Assembly: GCA_000004695.1 (NCBI GenBank)
Contig: CM000152.2
Location: forward strand, 1,408,001-1,472,000
DNA: 64,000 nucleotides
Direction of reading: 5' to 3'
DNA from: Dictyostelium discoideum
Taxonomy: Eukaryota
Under the pieces are notes generated by a model, which searched no databases, was not told where the DNA came from, and saw only the letters and a list, made by a program, of their open reading frames with translations. The position numbers and the translations under genes were made by a program. Within the stretch, counting starts at the first letter, position 1. The number at the start of each line of letters is the position of its first letter. Shown here piece by piece: positions 42,854-60,720 of this stretch.

Positions 42854-45800
42854 TTATAAAGAACTGGAAGGTAAATTATCTGGAAGATTTTTAAAGAAAC
42901 CGTCAGATGTTGGTGGAGTAACAGTATTTGTAGCTTCAATAGAAACTGAGAAACTATTTCTAACCCAATATACTTTAACACCATCTCTCTCATAGTATTC
43001 TGATGGATCACCCGTTAGCACCAAATTAACAAGTTTAACATATAGGAAATTACCATCAAAATAGTATTTTGTACCATTACCAGATCTGACATCAGCTGCA
43101 CTACTTGCAAGTGAAAAAACATGGTTATAATTAATTGCACTACCCCAAATGTAATTTGATTTAATAATAAAAGTTGTTTGTGTTGGGTAAGGAAGAGCTA
43201 AAAATATATGTTGACCATATACAACTTGTGATAACCAAATTTTCATATATTTTGGGCTACCAGCCTTTAAATATAGATACCAACCCTAAAAATTTTTATT
43301 TTATTTTTTACAATTAGTATCTAAATATATATATATTGTAAGAATCATCCAAGTTTGCGCACTTTTTTGTAATTACAAATATTTTATATGGGGACTCATA
43401 TAAAAATAATATGAGCCATTTTCAAATTTTGAAAAGCGCGCAAATTTGAATGATTTTCAATAATTTGATTATTAATAATTGATTAATTAACTTACCATAT
43501 TACTAACACCAGTTACACCTTGATTTTTTGTTACAATAGTACTTCTTCTTTCAGTGATACCACTTCCAAATAAACTAATGTTACCAACATTAAGATTTTC
43601 AAATGAATCATAAACTAAAACACCATCATCAATTAAACCTGGAATTATAAACTGAATATTAGCAATTTCTTTATTACCTTTTTCACAAATATGACAAGTC
43701 CAATCGGAATTATATTCACAAGTGTTATCAAATTTATACCATAGTTCATGTGAACCAACGAGTGCTGGTTGACCAGGTTTCTTTCCAGTAATTGATGAAT
43801 CCCAATCAATGAAATTGAAATATCTACTTCCAGAAGTTGGTAAAACTTGATGACCTACAATTTGTGATTTAGCAACATTAACAAATGAAATTGCTCTTGC
43901 AGTTGAAATACCTTGAGGTTTGAAAACATCACCATGGGTCATTGAAATAATTGCACGATTATCATCTTCATCATTTAAACTCTTTGGATTTCTAATGTAA
44001 TTTCTAAAACTAATATTTGAAAGTACAGTTTTAACATAGGTATCATAATATTGGAACCCTTGCTTATTGAAATTTATTGATCTTGCAATATTATTTGAAT
44101 TACCATTAACAATTGCTTTTGATAGCCAGGCTTCACCAAATATAGATGCTGAACGAATATTATCATGACTTTCATATGAAACAACTTCAACATATTCTCC
44201 CCAATGACCTATACCAAAATTTGAGAGATAAATTTTAGTATTATTAAATCTCATTGGAACTTCATTACCATATACAACAGTGCCATTTTTATAGGTAAAT
44301 CTTTCAAATCTACCACTATCATAATATAACAATCCATCCACTTCATTATAGGTTAAATTTGCTCCAACATAGATTGTAGCGCCTGTAATAAAAAAGTGAC
44401 CTGATGAATGACCAGTATTACCTTCAAAAACTTTGGTTGAATATGCTTTTGGTATCATTTGAACTGTTCTATGATTACCAATTGGTTTATCTAAATTTGG
44501 GAAAGCATAACCAGCCCAACCACCTGATGCTGTATTACCAATAATTTTATTCCAAGCATTTGTAATATAATATCCACTTTTTTTTTTTTTTTTTTAATAA
44601 ATAAAATAAAATATTAATATGTTATTAATAGTTTAAAAAAAAAAAAAAAAACTTACCTTGCTGCACAATCAGCAGGTTGTCTTAAATTATCAGATTCAAC
44701 AAAAACTTCACCAATTTGAGAAGGACCAGCAGCGGGACGACCAATTGGATGAACATATGCAGCTAAATTAAATGAAATTGTATTATCCATTTCAACACCA
44801 TCCTCTAAATAATAACAATGTCCACTAACATCAAAAGCAACTATATAAATAAATTTAATAATAATTAGTAAAAAAAAAAAAATTAATTTATAATTTAAAT
44901 TTAATGTTCTTGCTATATTTACCATTTCTAGTTAAAGTAACATTATTTGTACCATGAATTGTATAACAACGATAATAACTATTAGTTACCGAACAATCTG
45001 AAATATAAGAATTCTTTAAAACTTTACCAAGATGATAGTGAAGTGGATATCTATAAATGAAAATAAAATTAATTTAATATATTATTATTATTGATTTGTA
45101 TATATATATATAATAATTTTATTTACCTTGCTTTAATATTTCTTTGACCCATACCAATTAAACCAAGACCAGCAAATTGACCTTCACCCATTACCATAAC
45201 ATGACCACCAAATTGATTTACATCAGATGATTGGAATGTTATTCTTCTTGTTAAAAGTGCAATTTCAGCTTGATATTCTTGACCACCATAATGAAAGAAT
45301 TTTAATGGTTCAGTGAATTGAATTGTTTTTCCTTGAATTGCGGCAATAGTCATAACTTCATTTTGATTATTATCTTCATCTTGATAATAACTTGTAATGA
45401 CAACAACTTTTTGACCAACTTCCCAATTTACATTGTCTTGTATATAAACTACATAATCACCACTCCAAGCTGATGCAGAAAGTTTACTCCAAGTATTATG
45501 ATATTGTTTAGCATGAACACTAATGAAACCACTTGAAGAGACACCAATACCTTTAGATCCATAATACTGAGAGATCGTGTCTGATAATGTTTTTTCACCA
45601 TGGAATATTATATTGATTTTAGAATTATATCTACATTTTGTAGTACCCATTATAAACTTACCCTCAACATAAATATCTTTAACATGGAAATCCATTGGAG
45701 AATCAGCGAAAATAAGTTCACTTGTTGATGGAACTTTTATCCATTTGTAAACTTGAGTTTGTGATATTGAACATGGTGAAATTAAAACTTTTTTACCTTC

Positions 45801-47684
45801 TGGTAAAGTAATATTTGATGATGGTGATGGAATGATACCATTTGGCCAAGTTGAAGGATTATGCCAATGAACTAAATCATTTGCGAGATATGGACATGTT
45901 GAAGAATCTTGTGGATCAAAAGAAGTAGATGGTTTGGGAAGATTAACTAATTCTGAATCTTTAATAAGAAGAGTTGGTTGTGTAATTGTTTTTGGTAAAA
46001 TTGTAAATTTCATATCTTTAATTATTACTGTTACAACATCACCACCAGTAAAACCTGTACGGAAAATTCTTAGGCCAAAAATTGATGTACCAATATCAAC
46101 TGTTGGTGTAAATTCGATTTTCGTTAAAGCAAATTCTGTATTTGATGTAAAATTACCTTCAAATGTATGAACAAATAATGGAATTGTATCTTTCAATTCA
46201 TAATATTGAGATGCACCATTAATAGGATCAGTAATATCTCTTGGATTAAAGAAATAAAGGCTCATATTTTGAATTCTATTAAATGAACCCAATGGCTGAC
46301 CCAATTTAACTGAGATACTAAATTGATATTTTACATTTGCTTTAAAAGTTGGAGAACCAATGATTTTACTAACTAAAAAGTTTGATGGAGGTATATAAGC
46401 TGGGTATGAGACTATAAATGAATTTTCTACTGGACCATCTGTAATACTTTGATTTGAATAACCATATTGAGCCATATAAACAAGATCATTTTTTTTAAAT
46501 ATGAAATCAGTTGCTGGCTGAGAAGTGATAATTGATGGTGATGGTGGTACATTATCAGCACCTACTGTAACTCTCCAACTATTATCAATGGGACATGTTA
46601 TTTCAGCATTTGATACAACTGTTTTACCTGTGATTGCTGTAATTGATAATTTTGAATTATCACTACCACCATTACAAGTTCCAATGATAATTCCAGTATT
46701 TGAATCTTTAAAGGTTTCACAAGCACTATCCAATGTTAAATCATTTGTATTTATTGAAAATGAACCACTATAACCATTATGAAAATCTAAATTCACATTT
46801 GAACTACTCGTTAAATTTAATTTAACATTTGTTGAAGTTAATTGAATTTCATTGATATTAATTTCTTTGGTTGAACAAATATTCAATTCTGATGAAATTG
46901 AAATTTGATTTAATTCAATTGAATGATCTTTTGAATTGGTTGTACAACCATCAATCTTTAATGAACTTGCAATTAGTCCATTAATTATTGATGAACCACT
47001 ACCCAATGTCAATATCAATGAGTCAAATTTAAATGTTGATGGTACTTTAATATCAATACGAACTGAAACCTCTGATATTTTAATTGAATTTGATAAATTA
47101 AAAATACTAATACAAATTAATAATACAATAAATAATAATGGTTTTGATGAAGATCTTGGATTGTTTTTTGTAAATAATCCAAATGTGATTATTGTTGAAA
47201 ATGAAATTAAAATTAAAGAATTTAAATTTATTTTTGAAACTAATTTATTACTTGAACTAAGTGTACTACTTGTATAGTCACCAAATGTTAAAGACTTTTT
47301 ATCATCACTTATTCGAAGAATATCATCAATACTTGTCGCTTCACCAAATATTGATGTAACTGATAATTTTGGTTTTGTTATTGTATTATCTATTAAATAA
47401 TTAATTTTTGTCTTATTTTAAAAAAATAAAATAAATAATAAATTAAACAATAATAATATAAAATAAAAAATTAATAAATTATATACACACATATATATAT
47501 ATGTGAAAAAATAATTCTTTTTTATTAATAATGATTAAATACATACATTAATAACAGATGCATCGATTGTAAAACTTTTTTCAGTAATTTCGATTTCTCC
47601 CAATAATTGTTGTGCTGATACACTAGAGGAAAATAAATATAAACATGATAAGAAAAAAAATAAAATAATTTTATTTATTTTCAT
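42854..47684 (-). CDS. secreted G8-domain protein with parallel beta-helix region (CEMIP/TMEM2-like); 6 exons
   Basis: CDS is complement join(42854..43285,43496..44576,44657..44840,44923..45050,45127..47411,47547..47684). All junctions are phase-consistent, with donors GTATGT, GTAAAT, GTAAAT, GTAAGT and GTAAGT and acceptors ending in AG. Exon 1 encodes a signal peptide (MKINKIILFFFLSCLYLFSSSVSA). The G8-like block is WHNPSTWPNGIIPSPSSNITLPEGKKVLISP...GKFIMGTTKCRYNSKINIIFHG. Beta-helix-like repeats follow (SVTNSYYRCYTIHGTNNVTLTRN, GHCYYLEDG). Confidence 0.6.
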
Positions 47685-48173
47685 TTTAATATATATATTA
47701 ATAATTTAAAAAAATAAAAAATAAAAAGTAAAAAAAAAAAAAAAATATTGTTGTGACAAATTTTTTTTTTTTTTTTTTTGTTTTTTTTTCTCATTCCAAA
47801 AAAAATATCTAGATATGTAAAATATCCTCCCATTTTTTTTTTAAAAAAAAAAAATCTAAATTACAATCAAAAAAAAAAAAAAATCTATAATAAATATAAA
47901 AAAAAGATATTATTTATTTTTTTTACACAAAAATTTTATTTTTATAATTTGTTTATTTTTTTTTTTTTTTTAGTCAATCAAGATAGCACAGTAAACAAAA
48001 TATGGATTACTGTAAACAAAATCAAGGATATTTTTATTTTTATTTTTATTTTTATTTTAAATATTGAAATTAATATTGAATTAATTTAAAATATTGGTTT
48101 TTAAATGAACACTTTTTTTTGGTTGACCACCGTTTTAAAAATAAACTAAAAAAAAAAAAAAATTTAAAAATTT

Positions 48174-49264
48174 TTAACCCTCGAAAGCTCAATTCAAAAA
48201 ATCAATAAAAAGGTTTTTTTTTTTTATTATTTTTTTTTTTAAGTGATTGATCATTTTGTTGGTGTTGGATTGCAATGATAATATTATTTAATTCTACTAA
48301 AAATTTACATTATATATTTTAATGATATTTTGGAATGATTGTAAAAAATTCAGTGTGCGTGGTTGTATTTTTTATAAAAATTCCCACATTTTCACTGTTG
48401 CGCTATTTTCATTTTTAATTTCATTGAAATAGAAAAAAAAAATATAGTTTAATGTAATATCTTATCCTACACCTCAATAACAATATATTTAATAAAAAAA
48501 ATTTTGAAATGGAAAAAAAAAAAAACAAAAAGTTGAACAACAAATTTCAACAAATTTTGACAACATGAATTCTGATAGGATGAAGACGATGAAGGTCACT
48601 TTGATTTATTATCTCATTCAATTCAAGAAGAAGAAGATAGTTTAATTAATGAAAGAAATAGGATGTTTTACTATTATTATAGAATGTGGTGGTTCAAACA
48701 ATTAAAGATCCAACAACAGAGGAGGATTATAAATCAAATTCAATGGAAAGAATGAATTCAGAACCTATTAAACTTTCTATTGTGTTGGTGAGTTATCGTA
48801 TGAACATGGGTGCTTGCGACCGCCAAGACCAAAGAATAAAAAAAGAATTTTATTCTGGTCATAATAAAAAGTGGTATTTAACACTGTTTTGGTATATCAT
48901 AGAATGTTATATCGTAAATAGCTTTGTGGTTCACAAAAATTATAACAAATATAGCCTATCCTATAGAGAATTTCGTAAAACTATTTTGGAAGATTTGAAT
49001 GGTCACCAAACCCTTAGAAACTACGCTCCAAGTTCAACTTTTTCAATTTTTTCCACTTTTTTGCAGATTTTTCAAAGAAAAAATAATGAAAAAAAATAAT
49101 AAAAAAAAAATTAATAAATATAAATAAATATTCATTTTAATTACCAAACAATCTAATTATTATTTTTATTTGTAGTTTTTTAAAAAAAACCGTTAAAAAA
49201 CTTTATTGATTTTTTCTTATTTTCAATAATTTTTTTTTTTTTGAATTGAGCTTTCGAGGGTTAA
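48174..49264. mobile_element. internally deleted piggyBac-superfamily DNA transposon (non-autonomous), with TTAA target-site duplications
   Basis: The left end reads TTAA-CCCTCGAAAGCTCAATTCAAAAAA (48174-48201). The right end reads TTTTTTGAATTGAGCTTTCGAGGG-TTAA (49237-49264). This gives a perfect 24-bp TIR starting CCCTCGAAAG (cf. piggyBac CCCTAGAAAG) with flanking TTAA on both sides. The internal ORF has the transposase C-terminal motif. Internal GC content is well above the local background. Confidence 0.65.
48686..49099 (+). pseudogene. piggyBac-type transposase C-terminal fragment (DDE_Tnp_1_7-like)
   Basis: SYRMNMGACDRQDQRIKKEFYSGHNKKWYLTLFWYIIECYIVNSFVVHKNY matches the conserved piggyBac transposase block Y-x-MGGVD-x-x-DQ...KKWY...F...D-x-A-x-VNS. 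Only about 137 aa are present, and upstream frames are broken, consistent with an internal deletion. Confidence 0.55.
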
Positions 49265-49268
49265 AATG

Positions 49269-49302
<34 letters not shown>

Positions 49303-49350
49303 ATTGGTAAACATAATCAATACAAAAAAAAAAAGAAAAAAAATAGAAAA

Positions 49351-51600
49351 ATGGAACTATATTATAATAAAAATATATTAAATAGAGATATAGAAAGAAA
49401 TTTAACAGAAAAAGAACTTGAAGATTATTTTAATGAAGGTTTATTATATATTATAACTAAAGATTATTATGAAATTACAAATGATGAAATTAAACAAATA
49501 GAAATTATTTCAAATAATAAATTTTCAATAAAAGAAAATGAAAAAGAAATTTTAAAATTAATATTAAAAAATAGAAATTCAAATTGTTTTAAATTTTATT
49601 TTGAAAAATTTGGATTCACTGATGAATTTGATATTGAAAAGAATGGAATAATTATTGATTATATATTTTGGAATTTAAATATAAAAGGTTTAAATAAAAT
49701 AATTGAAAAAGGTTTTTTAAAAAAAGTTTCATTATCAACAATGGGTGAAATTAATTTATCAAATGATTCGATTGAATTTTTAGAATTATTTCTTTCACAA
49801 AAAAAAGTGGTACCAATTAATAATAATATAGATAAATGGTTTAAAGATATTTTTTCAAAAATTATTATAAAGGCAAAATTAGAAAATGACTATACTGGTT
49901 TAAATAAATTTCAAAAAATAATTTCAAACACTGATTCTCTATCAAATAGTTATAAAAGAGATATTATTTCCAATTATCAATCATTACACTTAATTGATGA
50001 TTTTAATATTTTTAAATGGTTTTATCAATTATTTTTACAATTTGAATTTAAAAAACCACCAAATCATTCATTTATAATTAATTCAAGGGATCAGGTTGAT
50101 TTTTTAATTGAAAAAGTATATAAAGAATTTGATGATATAAATTTCAGAATTAATTTTGAAAATTATGAATTGGTAAATTATTTCATTGAAAAAGGAAAAC
50201 AAGTTGGAAAAGATTTCACACAATATCAAACAGATCTATTATCATCTCTTTTTGATAGATCTCTTGAAAAATATGATATTGAAACTTTAAAAATAATTTC
50301 ATCACTTGGTTTAAAATTTAGATCTGATTCTCTACTAAAATTCAATGAACCTTTATCAAAAATTCAAATAATAGAATTAATTAATTTTTTAAATTCAATT
50401 GAATTTAATTGTTTTAAAAAACCAATTTTTTATTCACTTTTTTATAATTTAATCAACCTTTGTAAAAATAATGGTTTAACTAGTTTAGATGTTAAAATTA
50501 ATTTCAATTGTATACCCAATGATTCTTTAACAATTTTCATAACAGCTTTGACCTATAGTGATACTGTTTTAGAGTTTATTTTAAATAGTAAATTCACTTT
50601 ATATTTAAAAAATTTTGAAAAAGAAATAACCCGAAACCCAATTCGTAATCATGCATGTTATAAAGGTATTATCGATCATCATTTATTATATGAAAATAAT
50701 ATTAAACTTTTAATTTCAAAGTTCAAACCAAATGAATTAATTTATTTTTCAAATGTTATCAATTCATTATATTTAAACCTTTTATTTTCAACTCAATTAA
50801 ATCATAATAAATCAATGAGTGAAGTTGGTAATAACTTTTTAAAAGAGAATATAAACAATCTTGAAAAATTGTTTATTTTAAATGGTATAGAAATCAATGT
50901 TACACTATCTCATGTAACACGTTGGTTAATGTTAAAATCAAAATCCTTTAATGCATATTTCCAAAAATTTAATTCTTTTCTTGAAAATAAAGAATTATGT
51001 AATGAAATGGTAACCCTATTTTCATTCAATTCAATTTTAAATTCAGAAACCTCTGAATTATTCTCAAAAATTAGAAAATTATTTTTTAAATATAAATCAA
51101 AAAATTTTAAAGAAAATTTAGAATTTCTATTACATTATAAGTATTATGATTTAGTTATCGAACAAATTATACAATATGAAAAAAAATCAAAAAGGTCATC
51201 ATTTTTAGGAACTATGGCTACAATAATGCCGTCATCATTACCAATTGAAGAATTTCAAAAAATACAACTTGAAACAATTTGTAATAATATTCCTCGCAGT
51301 GAATTTATTAGTAAGTTAATTGACCTTTCAATAAAATTTGATAGATTTGATATTTTTAAATACCTTTTATCATCTCATGATAATCAAAATTTATTATTTG
51401 ACCATTTTCCCATTTTAGATAAATTAAAAATTGAATTCTTGGAATTCTTTTTAATTTATAAAAATGATTTATTTGTCAAACTTGTGGAAACTCATTTACC
51501 CTATAATTTTTCAAAATTAAAACAAAATGAAATTTGTGTTAATCTATTATCAAAATATTTACCATCACATTATCAAATGAAAGAATTTTTCAATAAATAA
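49351..51600 (+). CDS. hypothetical 749-aa Lys/Ile/Leu/Asn-rich helical-repeat protein
   Basis: A single ATG ORF with no recognisable catalytic motifs. Composition and architecture are similar to the 27464..29785 product. Confidence 0.4.
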   Translation: MELYYNKNILNRDIERNLTEKELEDYFNEGLLYIITKDYYEITNDEIKQIEIISNNKFSIKENEKEILKLILKNRNSNCFKFYFEKFGFTDEFDIEKNGIIIDYIFWNLNIKGLNKIIEKGFLKKVSLSTMGEINLSNDSIEFLELFLSQKKVVPINNNIDKWFKDIFSKIIIKAKLENDYTGLNKFQKIISNTDSLSNSYKRDIISNYQSLHLIDDFNIFKWFYQLFLQFEFKKPPNHSFIINSRDQVDFLIEKVYKEFDDINFRINFENYELVNYFIEKGKQVGKDFTQYQTDLLSSLFDRSLEKYDIETLKIISSLGLKFRSDSLLKFNEPLSKIQIIELINFLNSIEFNCFKKPIFYSLFYNLINLCKNNGLTSLDVKINFNCIPNDSLTIFITALTYSDTVLEFILNSKFTLYLKNFEKEITRNPIRNHACYKGIIDHHLLYENNIKLLISKFKPNELIYFSNVINSLYLNLLFSTQLNHNKSMSEVGNNFLKENINNLEKLFILNGIEINVTLSHVTRWLMLKSKSFNAYFQKFNSFLENKELCNEMVTLFSFNSILNSETSELFSKIRKLFFKYKSKNFKENLEFLLHYKYYDLVIEQIIQYEKKSKRSSFLGTMATIMPSSLPIEEFQKIQLETICNNIPRSEFISKLIDLSIKFDRFDIFKYLLSSHDNQNLLFDHFPILDKLKIEFLEFFLIYKNDLFVKLVETHLPYNFSKLKQNEICVNLLSKYLPSHYQMKEFFNK

Positions 51601-51748
51601 ATAAATATAAAAAATAAATAAATAAATAAATTAACAAAAATAAATGGATAAAATAAACATAAAAATAAATAAATAAAAGCAATATATTATTTTATTGTTT
51701 TTGAGAAAAAAAAAAAAAAAAAAAATATATTATTTCTTTATTGTCAAA

Positions 51749-55597
<3,849 letters not shown>

Positions 55598-56107
55598 TTT
55601 TGTTTGGCTTTTTTGATTTTTTTTTTTTTTTTTTTTTTTTTTGTTATAAATAGGTTGTTTGGTGGTCTAAATTTATGTAAAAATAAATAAAAAAAAATTA
55701 TTTAATATTTATTCCTATTACCAAAATAATATTGAAACAACCAAAAATTAAGTGAAAAAAAAAAAAAAAAGAACAAAAAAAAAAAAATATAAAAAAAAAA
55801 AACAATCACTGGTGGGTATGAGTCAATAAAAAAAAAAAAAAAAAAAATAAAAAAGATATAATGATTTTTAGTGATAGAAAAAAAAAAAAATAAATAAATA
55901 AAACTTGAAAAAATAATATTAAAAAAAAATAAATGAAAAATTATTGATGGCAAACTATTAATTGCCAATATTTGTGAATATGGAGTGTATTGGTTGATTG
56001 GTGAATATTTTTTTTTTTTGTTTTATATTATTTTTTTTTTTTTTTTTTAATTCCTGTTTTTTTTTTATTCAAATTATTATAGCAATAATAAAAGTTTAAA
56101 AAACCAT

Positions 56108-56144
56108 ATAAAATAAATAATAAATAAAATAAAATAAAATAAAA

Positions 56145-56179
<35 letters not shown>

Positions 56180-56226
56180 ATAGATAAATAAATAGATAAA
56201 TAAATAAATAAATAAATAAAATAAAT
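56108..56226. repeat. (AAAT)n/(AAATA)n microsatellite
   Basis: Seen directly in the sequence; intergenic. Confidence 0.8.
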
Positions 56227-56281
56227 AGGTGGTCTGTTTGGTGTATATTAATAATAAATAAATAAATAAATAAATAAATAA

Positions 56282-56326
<45 letters not shown>

Positions 56327-56684
56327 TTTGTTTTTTTTATTATTTTTATTTTTATTATTTTTATTTTTATTTTTTATTATTTTTTTTTTTATGAAATAAA
56401 ATTAAGTTGGGAATATAGATTGCGCTTAGAGTGTATGTAAATTTATGGTGTGAATATAAGTGGGTGTGTATGTGTGTATGTGTGAATGTTGTATCACAAT
56501 AAAAAAATATTAAAAAAAAAAAAAAAAAAAAAATTAAAAATAATCAGTTAAAAAAAAAAAATAAAATAAAATAAAAAAATAAAATAAAAATAAAATAAAA
56601 ATAAATAGTTTATTATTTGTTTATCGAAGGTGAAATAATTAATTAATTGGTTTTGATTAAGATGAAAAAAAAAAAAAAAAAAAA

Positions 56685-56718
<34 letters not shown>

Positions 56719-57097
56719 ATATATAATTTAATTTGGATATATTTAAAACGTGTGAGAGGGTAAAATAAATAAAGTGTGATCCATACAAAAATTGAATAGA
56801 AATTACATCGTAAGAATTATATTTGGGTGCATGTTCTCTATTATTTTTCTCCAATAAAAAATTTTAAAAAAAAAACACCACCCCTCCAACCCCTCACTAT
56901 TATTTTTTTTTTTTTTTTTTTTAATTGTAAAATTTTGAAGGAGCGAGAGGAAAAAAAAAAAAAAAATTTAACCCAACATGGGTGTCACAGATATTTTCAA
57001 ACACCAATTGCTCAAATGTATAGAGCGCACTACTAATATTATTTTGTAAAAATATATTATAACTGCCAAATTTTATATGATTTTAAATTTAATTATT

Positions 57098-57099
57098 TA

Positions 57100-57165
<66 letters not shown>

Positions 57166-57166
57166 T
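57098..57166. repeat. (ATT)n microsatellite
   Basis: Seen directly in the sequence; intergenic. Confidence 0.8.
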
Positions 57167-58204
57167 TACTTAACACACCCAATTAATTTACTATCAATCC
57201 AGGGTGACAAGGTTGGTGCCAATGAATCTAAAAATAAACACAATAAAAAAAAAAATAAAAAGTAAAAAATAAAAAATAAAATAAATATAAAAGCTATATT
57301 GGTGAAAAAAAAAAACTATTTTTAGATTTTTTATAAAAAATAAAAAAAAAAAAAAAAATCTGTGTATGTTTTTTTTGTTTTTAAGAATTTGGGTAGTGAA
57401 AATATTTTAAAGCATTAAAACTTTCAAATAAAGTGGTAAAAATAACTTAAAAAAATGGTGGCGATAAATATGATGATATAATATGATGATATAATATTTG
57501 GTTATAGTGGACATTGAGAGAGCGAGAGAGAAAAAAAAAAAAAAAAAAAAAAAGGTATATAATATGTTTAAAATAATAAATGAAAAAAAAAAAAAAAAAG
57601 AAAGTATATGATGATATATCATCATTAAAAAACAAAGAAATTCGCAAATAATAATTACCTATTTTTTTTTTTTATTTTTTTTTTTTTTATTTTATTTTAA
57701 AATGTAATAATTTGAGGTTTCGAATAAGTTTTTTTTTTTTTTTCAGGTTAAACAAATAGTTAAAAAAAAAAAAAAGAACACTGTTTTATTTTTACTTTTA
57801 TATTATCTTTTATATTTTTTTTTTTGAAATTTTTTTTTTTTTTTTTTTTTGATTTCTTTAAAAACTATTACAAATCTTTGATAACTAAAATATATATTGT
57901 TATTTGTTAGAGATGTTATTTTTGTTGTTTTTTTTTTTTTTTTTTTTTGCCCTGTTTAGATTTTTAAAATTAATTGAAAATTAATTTTTTTTTTTTTTTT
58001 TTTTTTTATTTGTTTTTTTTTTTTTTATTTTTAGATTTGTTAAAAAAAATTTTAAATTTAATTTTTTAAATTTTTCTTTTTTTTTTATTTTTAATTTTTT
58101 TTTTTTTTTATTTTTTTTTTTATGGTTGAAGTCCTATATCTTATTTTATATATATATATATTTTATTTCACATATTTATTTTACTTTTGTGGTTTTTTTA
58201 AAAA

Positions 58205-58243
<39 letters not shown>

Positions 58244-58443
58244 AGGCCTCAAATTCGAAAAAAAAAAAAAAAATAAAAAAAATAAAAAAAATAAAAAAAA
58301 AAATAAAAAAAAAAATAAAATAAAAAAATAAAAAATAAAAACGATCGTTTTTTTTTATTATGCTTACAATTTATTATCTATTTTAAAATTATATTTAACC
58401 AAATTTAAAAAAAAAAAAGAAAAAAAAGAAAATAAAATGAAGG

Positions 58444-58480
<37 letters not shown>

Positions 58481-58871
58481 AATCAAAACTTGTGCAGGGT
58501 TATATTATTATCATTATGACCGATATTTAATTGAGGTCGGGAGTGTTTTGGAATTTGGAAAATAAATTAAAAATGTAAAAATAAAAATAAAAATAAAATT
58601 CCTTTTGCATAAAAAAAAAATAAAAAAGGTAATTATTATTTTATTTTATTTGTTTATATACCAAGAACCTTTTTTTAATAACATTTGTTATTCTCGATGT
58701 TTAAAATTTTTTATTTTTTATTTTTTTTTTTTTATTTTATTTTATTTTATTTTATTTTTTTTTTTTTTTGGGAAAAATGGGATTTTGATTTGCACAAAAA
58801 TAAATAAATTTAAAATTTGGATTTATTTATTTCTTCTAATATTTCAAAGAGATACAAAAATATCTTTGTTA

Positions 58872-60184
<1,313 letters not shown>

Positions 60185-60455
60185 TTCTTTTTTTTAATTT
60201 ATTTATTAAATAAATAAATAAATAATGATTAAATAAATATCCCCCACAAACGATTTTTTAAAATTTCTAAAAAAAAAAAAAATAAAAAAAAAAAAAATTT
60301 AAAAAAAAAAAAAAAAAAAGTGAAAATAATAAAAAAAAAAAATTTATATCTATTTTTATTTTTATTTTTATTTTTTTTATTTTTTTTTTTTTTTTTTTCA
60401 GATTCCCGATATTTTGGACTTTTTATTTAAATTTCCAATATATTGGTGTCATACA

Positions 60456-60487
<32 letters not shown>

Positions 60488-60579
60488 ATATTTTTTTAAT
60501 TTTTATTATTTTTTATTATTTTTTTTTTATTTTTTTTTTTTCATTTTTATTTTTATACGATCAATGATAAATTAATACA

Positions 60580-60673
60580 ATGGATTATAACAATGAAAAT
60601 AGTAATCAAGACAATAATAGTAGTGTAATAGAAATTAAAACAATACCATTACCACTAAATAATAATAATAATG

Positions 60674-60720
<47 letters not shown>

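Noticed and set aside
45934-47277. Plus-strand ORFs (45934..46170, 46525..46773, 46936..47277) opposite the large G8 exon
   Set aside because: They are antisense to a long, well-supported coding exon, with no conserved features.
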